From an uncultured Nitrososphaerales archaeon (GTDB lineage Archaea > Thermoproteota > Nitrososphaeria > Nitrososphaerales > Nitrososphaeraceae): a DNA stretch of 64,000 bases. Location: the NCBI GenBank assembly GCA_963713605.1, contig CAVQMO010000010.1, positions 640,001 to 704,000 of the forward strand, read 5' to 3'. Positions 56,473 to 64,000 of the stretch are shown here, one piece after another. The position numbers and the translations under genes are program-made. Every line of letters begins with the position of its first letter. Position 1 is the stretch's first letter. Below the pieces are notes generated by a model. That model was not told the origin of the DNA. It saw only the letters and a list, made by a program, of their open reading frames with translations, and did no database searches.

Positions 56473-57090
56473 TTGAGTGGCTATAGCAGGTACAGAAAGA
56501 GACCTATCGGGAGGAATGGAGAAATAGGTATCACCTCCTCAACCGCCGACAAAATAGCAAAAAGAACTCATCCTACTGAAACTATTACCTTTAGATTGCC
56601 CACTGCCCTACTAGAAGAGCTTCGAAAGGATGCGGAACTGGAAAAGATAAATCTAAATGCTTTTGTCACGCGAATTTTTTCTAATCACGTACAATGGGAA
56701 AGGTATGAACGGAAGATGGGCTTACTTCCTATGACCAAACCTTTTCTCAAGGAGGTCATTAACCAGCTAACAAATGAGCAGATCATGAATTTAGCACAAA
56801 AGATTGAAAAGGAAAATTTCAAAAATATTCTAATTTTTATGAATGAAAGCCATGATGTGGATGATTTCGTGGAAATTTTGAGGACATGGCTTACCGTATC
56901 CTGGATGCAACATAACATCGTCCTTAGAAATGGATCCTACCATTTTAACATCCAACATGATTTAGGATACAAATGGTCTCTGTACGTCCAAACTCTGGTT
57001 TCGGAGCTCTCAAATGATATACTCCAAAGAAGGGCTGAGATAAGAATAACTGACAATGTGATATCTATTGTATTTCCTAGGGATCGATAG
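56473..57090 (+). CDS. Ribbon-helix-helix domain regulator-like protein
   Basis: TETITFRLPTALLEELRKDAELEKINLNAFV; C-terminal QHDLGYKWS. Confidence 0.75.
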   Translation: MSGYSRYRKRPIGRNGEIGITSSTADKIAKRTHPTETITFRLPTALLEELRKDAELEKINLNAFVTRIFSNHVQWERYERKMGLLPMTKPFLKEVINQLTNEQIMNLAQKIEKENFKNILIFMNESHDVDDFVEILRTWLTVSWMQHNIVLRNGSYHFNIQHDLGYKWSLYVQTLVSELSNDILQRRAEIRITDNVISIVFPRDR

Positions 57091-57274
57091 ACTGAAGAAG
57101 GTTTGATAAGATCAATTGAGAGCGCCGTAGTATTAGCTCTAAAGCACCTATGGTATAACAAATCTTAGGTCGGAATTGTTCTCCATCACCATAACATGAA
57201 TATATCCATTCGATCTAAATTGGTAGCCAAGTACAATGCTTTTTATCTAGGTTTATTGCGATAGAGTAATCAAG

Positions 57275-57733
57275 TTGGCAAGAAGCACAAGAGCAGCGCG
57301 CACGTCTCAAGATGAACCAGAAGCACTCCCCAAGTGGGCAGAAGATGAAATAAAATCTGTGAACTTTGAAGATCCTCAAATCGTATCCAGGACAGGTTAT
57401 ATTCTTGATATATACGAGAAGGACTTTAAGGTTGATATACAAGTATATGAACCTCTACCCGATGGGCGAACCATAGTAGAAGGTTTGGACGTTCCAACGG
57501 CCATGAAAATATCTGAATTTATGAAGGGTTTCGTTTATGAATTTAAGATTAAAATGTACATGGGTAAGCTAAGTTCAAAATTGGCTGATCTACTAAAGAG
57601 CAAATATGCTCTAGATATGGATAGCATATATCGCTTCGAAATGGAGAACCTGCAGATGTTGGACGTCGAATCTGATGTAACAGCTGGGAGTAACGAAAGC
57701 TCAGCAGACAGCGATGAGAATAGCTCAGATTAA
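57275..57733 (+). CDS. Conserved hypothetical protein (OB-fold-like)
   Basis: RTGYILDIYE and DIQVYEPLPDGRTIVEGLD; acidic tail. Confidence 0.75.
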   Translation: MARSTRAARTSQDEPEALPKWAEDEIKSVNFEDPQIVSRTGYILDIYEKDFKVDIQVYEPLPDGRTIVEGLDVPTAMKISEFMKGFVYEFKIKMYMGKLSSKLADLLKSKYALDMDSIYRFEMENLQMLDVESDVTAGSNESSADSDENSSD

Positions 57734-57882
57734 ATTTTGTGGCCATCCAATTATTCTACCCAATCCAATCTGAACTAGGAAAAAGGATGATATGCAGGCT
57801 CATTTGCCAGCAGATCTAGAATAGGTCGCTGTAGTCTGGCTCGATTTGCGTTAATGTCTCTCTAATCATCTCTTACAGACAA

Positions 57883-59025
57883 TTATCCTTTACTATTGTT
57901 GGGTTTGCCTACGTTACACCCAAGATCGTCGTCCTCGGTGTGACGGTCAGCCACCTTCGAACCGGAGAGGCCAATTTTAGAATTCTTCTTCCGTAAAGGC
58001 ACTACGTCTTTGTTTATTGTGAGTTTCATCAATGCAATCCACATGATGACTAGGGGAACATGATATGACGCAATTCTCCAAACCACTATTACAGATAAGT
58101 GCGAATCGGTAACGAGATCCTGAAAGGAGGGTATAGAATTTAGATTTGCGACGTATGCCCAGATCCCTAATTCAGCTAAGCCAGAACCTCCCAATGTTAT
58201 GGGTACAGTGGCTAATACTGTAGAAGCAGATGTCGCCATAACAGAATCAAATAGGCTTATAGGAGGTATCTCGTTACCTACGGCGTTCACCAAGACCATA
58301 AATGAAATACCTTGTAAAACAAAGGCAACTACTGTTATTGCTATTCCTATCGCGAATGTCTTGATAACGACAGGAGAAGAAAATGTAAGGTTTTCTCTGC
58401 TCATTTGGCATAAATCTGCAATTGCTTTGTTCGTTGACGTGACCAGATTGCTTCCTCGTTCTCCTCTTAAAATTCTCTCTATAACTTTTTCTAACAGGTT
58501 TGGAAGTTTGAGGTTTCTTTTCGCAGAAAAGAACATCAGCAAGAACCAAAATGTAAGGGTGGGAATAGAGAGCAGTATGACAATTGTTCCAATAAGATAG
58601 CCTCCATTGAGAATTGCAAACACTCCAGAAATGATCCCTAATATGGTTCCTACAAAGACATCTGAGATTATTTCAATGGTTGTAATCCAAGCAGCCCTAC
58701 CAGGTGGAACTCCTCTCCGCGTCAACCATGCAATCCTTACTATTTCGCCGCCAATGTAGGATGGTGTCGTTTGTGAGACAAATTCTGAACCGAGTCTAGC
58801 AGAAATAGTCCTTGAAAAGTTGCTAACATCACGTCCTATAAATTTTCGAATAAAATACTTGAACCTATATGCCTGCAATAAGACCTTTCCGATTACAGCT
58901 GCAGAGGACAGAATAAATGGAATAACCCCTACGGACAAGAGGTCATCCACAGTTATGTGTGTGAAGAACACCATTAGGATTAATGGCACAATGCTTGCTG
59001 GTATCGCGAGCAAACGCCAGTTCAA
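57883..59025 (-). CDS. Lysylphosphatidylglycerol synthase TM / flippase-like (UPF0104) membrane protein
   Basis: TPSYIGGEIVR, PITLGGSGLAE and WRIASY. Confidence 0.85.
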   Translation of the reverse strand: MNWRLLAIPASIVPLILMVFFTHITVDDLLSVGVIPFILSSAAVIGKVLLQAYRFKYFIRKFIGRDVSNFSRTISARLGSEFVSQTTPSYIGGEIVRIAWLTRRGVPPGRAAWITTIEIISDVFVGTILGIISGVFAILNGGYLIGTIVILLSIPTLTFWFLLMFFSAKRNLKLPNLLEKVIERILRGERGSNLVTSTNKAIADLCQMSRENLTFSSPVVIKTFAIGIAITVVAFVLQGISFMVLVNAVGNEIPPISLFDSVMATSASTVLATVPITLGGSGLAELGIWAYVANLNSIPSFQDLVTDSHLSVIVVWRIASYHVPLVIMWIALMKLTINKDVVPLRKKNSKIGLSGSKVADRHTEDDDLGCNVGKPNNSKG

Positions 59026-59235
59026 AATATTTCATCCGTCTGATAAGATGAGGCCATATAAAAACCCCGAGTGATCTACCAAATTCAGTATTACAAGATG
59101 CTGTTTAGCCACGATCACTCTTTGTTTCAGAAATATCCGGTGCGCCTTGCAAATGTGCATGCTCTCTTCTGAAGTGAATCTTCCTTGTATACACAAATAT
59201 ACTACGGAAGAGCAAAGTATCGCTTGTAATTTTTA

Positions 59236-59994
59236 ATGGACTCAATCTTCGTCACTGGAACGGCCGGCGCTGGGAAATCTGTTCTCGCTTCGAGACTACT
59301 CCAATGGTACTCTGACAATAGTTCATACCCAGTTTCCCTAAACCTAGATCCAGGTGCAGATAGTCTTCCATATGAACCAGACGTAGATGTCAGAGATTAT
59401 GTTGACATAAAAGCTATAATGGAGGATTATAATTTAGGCCCAAACGGATCTCTTATAATTGCAAGCGATCTTATATCTACTCATCTCGAAGAAATACAAA
59501 ATGAGGTAAATGAGCTGAACCCTGACATTGTCGTTATAGATACTCCTGGACAGATAGAACTGTTTGCATTTCGAGCCAGCGGCCCATACTTTGTAGGAAA
59601 TTTTCTTGCAGACGCTAAGATGAACATTTTTGTATTTGACGGAACCCTAGTTTCTTCCGCAATAAATTTTGTCTCTATCTCTTTGCTGGCCGCCTCTGTC
59701 ATGCTCCGATTGAAGACATCACAAGTAAACGTATTGAGTAAGAGCGACCTTATCATAGATAAGCTCCCGCAGATACTAGGATGGGCCTCCTCTAGCAAGA
59801 AACTTGAGGATAGTCTAAATCAAGAAAAAGAAGCAGAATATTCGCTATTAAGCAAGGAAGTATTAAGAGCTCTGACTATGGGTGGTTTTCTACAAGATCT
59901 AATAGCGGTTTCAGGTCTTACGATGAGCGGGATGATCAATCTAGTGGCAGCTATAGCGAGGATAGTCAGCCAAGGGGAGGACAGGAAAGGCTAG
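59236..59994 (+). CDS. GPN-loop GTPase
   Basis: GTAGAGKS, NLDPG, LGPNG, DTPGQIELF and SKSD. Confidence 0.95.
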   Translation: MDSIFVTGTAGAGKSVLASRLLQWYSDNSSYPVSLNLDPGADSLPYEPDVDVRDYVDIKAIMEDYNLGPNGSLIIASDLISTHLEEIQNEVNELNPDIVVIDTPGQIELFAFRASGPYFVGNFLADAKMNIFVFDGTLVSSAINFVSISLLAASVMLRLKTSQVNVLSKSDLIIDKLPQILGWASSSKKLEDSLNQEKEAEYSLLSKEVLRALTMGGFLQDLIAVSGLTMSGMINLVAAIARIVSQGEDRKG

Positions 59995-60096
59995 AAAGAT
60001 TTCTTGGTTCAGTTGATGTTGAGTCTATAAAACGAATTAATAAGGAACAGTAGGAATAATAATAATAGGTATAGGAAAAAATTAATCTCACTAAAC

Positions 60097-61131
60097 ATGG
60101 TAGATATGAGTGAACACCATCTAACATCACATTCGATTACTGCGGCAGCACCTTCATCAACTGCTAATCTTGGTCCTGGATTTGACATATTTGGGCTTGC
60201 AGTCGATGCATTCTATGATTATGTAACAATCAAGAGGTCCGTTACTCACTATCCTAATCATGGTAACATTGGCTCGCAAAAAACTACTGGCACCGATGAA
60301 TCTTCATCTCAAATTCGCATTGAGATGATTGGACAATATTCCGAATCCATCCCCGTAGAAGCGAGTAGAAATTCAGCGGGATTAGCCATTCAGAAGATCC
60401 TCAATGATTTTGATATTAAGGATTCATTCTCCGTTATAGTAAAAAAGAACATACCACCCGGTTTTGGAATGGGAAGTAGTGCGGCGTCAGCGGCCGCCGG
60501 TGTTATGGCAATCGATACTCTCCTAGATCTCCACATTCCAAAATCAGATCTTGTTCGATTTGCAGCAGAAGGTGAAAAAGCGAGTGCAGGGTCATTACAT
60601 TATGATAATGTTGCTGCATCGATACTGGGAGGTTTTGTTTTAGTCCGCCCGTTCTCAAGAATACCCGAGTTCATCCATATCGCTCCCCCAAAGAATTTGC
60701 ATCTCATTTTTGCAATCCCAAATCTAAAAGTCCCTGCAAAAAAAACCGAACTTGCGAGGAAGGTGTTACCAGAAAAAGTTCTGCTACGACATGTCGTTCA
60801 TAACCTTTCAAATGCTTCCACTGTCGTAGCAGGATTCTTTTCAAAGGATGTAAATATGATAGCAAGAGGTGTAGAAGATTTCATTGTGGAACCGGCTCGT
60901 AAGCACCTGATCCCTTGTTTTGACAATGTTAGAGCCAACGCGCTAGCTGCGGGGGCGTTAGCCGCTACAATTAGTGGGGCTGGTCCATCAATGGTCGCTA
61001 TCGCTTCCCATGTAGATCAGCTGGAGGTCATAGCAAATTCGATGATAACTGGTTTCAAACAATGTAATTTGACCTGCACTACGGTAAAGTGCTCGCCAAG
61101 CCAAGGAACAAGGATAGTAACTATAGAATAG
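60097..61131 (+). CDS. thrB: Homoserine kinase
   Basis: APSSTANLGPGFD, PPGFGMGSSAAS, HYDNVAAS and ISGAGPS. Confidence 0.95.
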   Translation: MVDMSEHHLTSHSITAAAPSSTANLGPGFDIFGLAVDAFYDYVTIKRSVTHYPNHGNIGSQKTTGTDESSSQIRIEMIGQYSESIPVEASRNSAGLAIQKILNDFDIKDSFSVIVKKNIPPGFGMGSSAASAAAGVMAIDTLLDLHIPKSDLVRFAAEGEKASAGSLHYDNVAASILGGFVLVRPFSRIPEFIHIAPPKNLHLIFAIPNLKVPAKKTELARKVLPEKVLLRHVVHNLSNASTVVAGFFSKDVNMIARGVEDFIVEPARKHLIPCFDNVRANALAAGALAATISGAGPSMVAIASHVDQLEVIANSMITGFKQCNLTCTTVKCSPSQGTRIVTIE

Positions 61132-61365
61132 GGTTAATGACTGACTGCAAATAATTTAACTTTGATGCTGTATCAAGAAAGGCATTTCACCTTGGCCAGC
61201 TAGTTGTTGTCTTATCGTGTTCTCTAAATTTGAGTTTACCCGTGAATTCAATTCGAAGTGCTCGTTTTATCTCTCCTCATTACTATCGCTTTTTCAATCA
61301 GGTCTCAAGCTCTTGTCTCATGGATGCTGGATGAATATCCAGCTCAGGTCGCCTAATTGCACCCA

Positions 61366-62229
61366 TCATTTCTTGCTCTTGTTCAAGAACGCAGACATCA
61401 TTTTCTGTCTGTCTTCATGAGCAAAACATAAAGCCCATCCATAAATCTCTAACCGTAACCCTGTATCTAGATCTGTGTCCAGTGCCTTGTTAATCAGCGT
61501 CTTGCTTACCTTAATAGCTGTAAAGCCATTCTTTGTAATTTCCTTGGCAAGGGTAATACACTCATTTATCAATTTTCTATTGAGAATCTTTGCTATTTCA
61601 GCTGCACGTTCCTTCCCTTTCTTGGGATCTGACTTATCATCTACTTCTGGAGGTAATTGATCTTCATCACCCAAGCTTACTACTTTGTTAACCAAGCCAA
61701 TTTCATATGCCTCTTGTGCAGAAATCATCTTTCCAGTAAAGATTAGTTCTTTAGCCTTCGCCGGTCCCACCAATCTTACTAGACGCTGAGTACCTCCCCA
61801 ACCTGGTGGTATGCCGATGGTAACCTCTGGCTGGCCAATCTTTGCATTGCTCGATGCAATTCTCATATCGCAAACCATCGAAAGTTCACATCCTCCTCCC
61901 AATGCAAATCCATTGACGGCTGCTATGACGGGCTTATCGAGCTTTTCAATCTTGCTGAGGACGCCTTGCGCAGAAGTAGCATATTTCTCAGCCTTCATTG
62001 GATCAATGTTTACCATGTAAGCTATATCGGCGCCAGCACAGAACGATTTCTCTCCGGAGCCAGTGAGAATGACAACCTTAAATGAATCATCAAATCCAAC
62101 TATGTCAATAGATCTTGATAATTCGGCTATGACGTCCGTATTCATAGCGTTTAACGCCTCAGGTCTATTAATACGTAATAAACATATATCTTCAAGCGGT
62201 TCGATCTGAATATATTTCATCGTAGACAT
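61366..62229 (-). CDS. Crotonase; probable 3-hydroxypropionyl-CoA dehydratase/crotonyl-CoA hydratase of the 3HP/4HB cycle
   Basis: INRPEALNAMN, AGADI, AVNGFALGGGCE, GQPEVTIGIPPGWGGTQRL and DLDTGL..E. Confidence 0.85.
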   Translation of the reverse strand: MSTMKYIQIEPLEDICLLRINRPEALNAMNTDVIAELSRSIDIVGFDDSFKVVILTGSGEKSFCAGADIAYMVNIDPMKAEKYATSAQGVLSKIEKLDKPVIAAVNGFALGGGCELSMVCDMRIASSNAKIGQPEVTIGIPPGWGGTQRLVRLVGPAKAKELIFTGKMISAQEAYEIGLVNKVVSLGDEDQLPPEVDDKSDPKKGKERAAEIAKILNRKLINECITLAKEITKNGFTAIKVSKTLINKALDTDLDTGLRLEIYGWALCFAHEDRQKMMSAFLNKSKK

Positions 62230-62354
62230 TATCGTAAAGCGATAGGTTGGTCAAATTAAACCTTGTGTAAATTTTAAATCTTTTTGACTGAGATTCGCAA
62301 GAATTGGCCCAACTTCATAATTAACACTGCACAACGGGCCATTAGATTATCTAT

Positions 62355-63127
62355 CTATCTATTTTCCGCATCAGCCCATAAATATTCAAAATAATCCTTG
62401 GCGAGACCAGCTAATCCCGAATGCTCCGCCCAAATTGCAATCGGTTCGAAACCATTACTCTCCATGATACCACCTTCGCCAAGCAGAAGCATTACTTGTC
62501 TGCTGTCGCCTATTACTCCACCGCCAAACATATGATCCTTGACTCTGACTTGAGCTATCCTTGATATTGCCCGAATTGTATCAGCGCTTGTCCTTCCAGA
62601 AGCAAGTACCGAAATGTTAACCCCCTTCTCATACAGAGTGCTCGTAACATCGGCTGGGCCGGTTTCGCGATATTTTCGGCGACCTCCGGAAGCGCAATTA
62701 GTAATTCAGCCTGACAATCAAGTATTATCTCGCTTACTTTCCCGACTATGTTATGTATTCCCCTAACGACCCATATTTCTGGTCGTTCCTTAATCCCTCT
62801 TTTTTTGTAAATTGGCAACAACTCACTCATGATCAAACTTTCGTTATCTTTGATCCCATTTTCCATCCGAATTCTCATCGCTGCTAGAGCACTTTGTGGA
62901 GATTTGGGAAAAAATTTCTGTGGCCTGGAGCTGCTTGATTCGAGCCAGCCTTTATCTTCCAGCGTATTGATGACCTCGTATATTTTAGAGTACGGAACAC
63001 CTGAAACCTTGCTTATTTCTGATGCAATAGCGGGCCCGCCCTCTAGGATAGAGAGGTAAACTTTGATTTCATAGCCCGTCAAGCCAAGGTTTTCCATTGC
63101 TTTCCTTGACTTGTCGCTAATAATCAT
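62355..63127 (-). CDS. TrmB-family transcriptional regulator (indels near 62650 and 62450)
   Basis: LGLTGYEIKVY, SGVPYSKIYEVI..LEDKGW and SRP; continues as MFGGGVIGD and LAKDYFEYLW. Confidence 0.88.
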
Positions 63128-63358
63128 TAAAACCTTGAAAGGGATATTATAATTCTAATATATTCATTCCTCAAAGCTTCACTCATTGTGTGCAAGTATC
63201 ATCGGAAATGATCAGTATCTCGTCTATCGATGGAATTAGCTTGGTTTATGGATATTCAAGGGGTCAAAATATCCTTATCACCTTATGAATCGTAAGGTTA
63301 TGTTTATATATAATCCAGAGCGCATTGCCGTTTGTAGTTAGGATAAGGTTAGATAGAG

Positions 63359-64000
63359 ATGGAATTAATTCAAATAGCAAATCTTTCTAGTAAGAATACT
63401 GCCATTAAGAAAACGATTAGGTACACACAGAGCATTTGTCCAGATTGTAACATGATATTGGATGCAGAGGTTTTCGAAAGAGAAGGCAAGGTATACATGA
63501 CCAAAACCTGCCCGACTCATGGGGAGTGCGAAGAACTTTATTTTGGCTCCTACAAGATGTACCAAAAGTTTAGCACCTATTGGATGGACGGAAAAGGGGC
63601 ACATGCTCCAAATGTGATGGTCGATAAATGTGCTTGTCCCAATAATTGTGGACTTTGTACCAACCACTTATCTCATTCAGGACTTGCTAATATGATTGTC
63701 ACCAATAGATGTGACCTTACCTGTTGGTATTGTTTCTTTTACGTCAAGAAGGGGTTGGAAGGAGCGTATCTCTACGAACCTTCTCATGAACAAGTAAGAG
63801 CAATGATGAAGACTTTAAAGGCTGAACGACCTATCAGCTGGTAATTCTATACAGCTGACAGGGGGAGAGCCAATGCTCCGGGACGATATTACTGAGATAG
63901 TAAAGATCATTAAGGAAGAGGGAGTAGATCATGTCCAACTTAATACTAACGGCATAAAATTGGCATTGTCCCCTGAAACAATGCGCCAGGTTAGGGGAGC
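63359..64000 (+). CDS. tes: Tetraether lipid synthase Tes (MJ0619-like radical SAM); partial, indel near 63840
   Basis: [26 protein letters not shown] and [14 protein letters not shown]; continues QLTGGEP and HVQLNTNG. Confidence 0.88.

Noticed and set aside
1..64000. Mass pseudogenisation or programmed frameshifting (metH, fkbH, deacetylase, amidase, BMP, fdrA, DUF1116, amidohydrolase, trmB, tes)
   Set aside because: The breaks are isolated 1-bp indels without nonsense decay and also hit presumably essential tes. This is best explained by long-read consensus error; read-level confirmation is needed.

Overview
64 kb from an AT-rich archaeal genome, most likely a soil ammonia-oxidising archaeon (Nitrososphaerales). 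Markers are a thaumarchaeal nirK, the 3HP/4HB-cycle crotonase, tetraether synthase tes, a GPN GTPase, TrmB and two tRNAs. Many genes, including presumably essential ones, carry single-base indels that look like unpolished long-read errors, so split ORFs are merged here. Four accessory elements stand out. (1) A ~15.6 kb organic-nitrogen catabolism island: biuret hydrolase, amidase, atypical PurE, FAH-family hydrolase, BMP-type ABC importer, FdrA/DUF2877/DUF1116 (AllFGH-like) proteins and carbamate kinase. (2) Two paralogous secreted poly-Ala/Gly 'silk-like' proteins, one followed by 13 identical 23-aa Cys-pair repeats. (3) An ACP/AcpS/FkbH/MaoC cassette, unusual for archaea, interleaved with a 1046-bp direct repeat of a beta-helix acyltransferase-like gene. 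(4) Decayed integrase-like and terminase-like fragments next to tRNA-Arg. All calls come from motif recognition by eye; no database searches were run.
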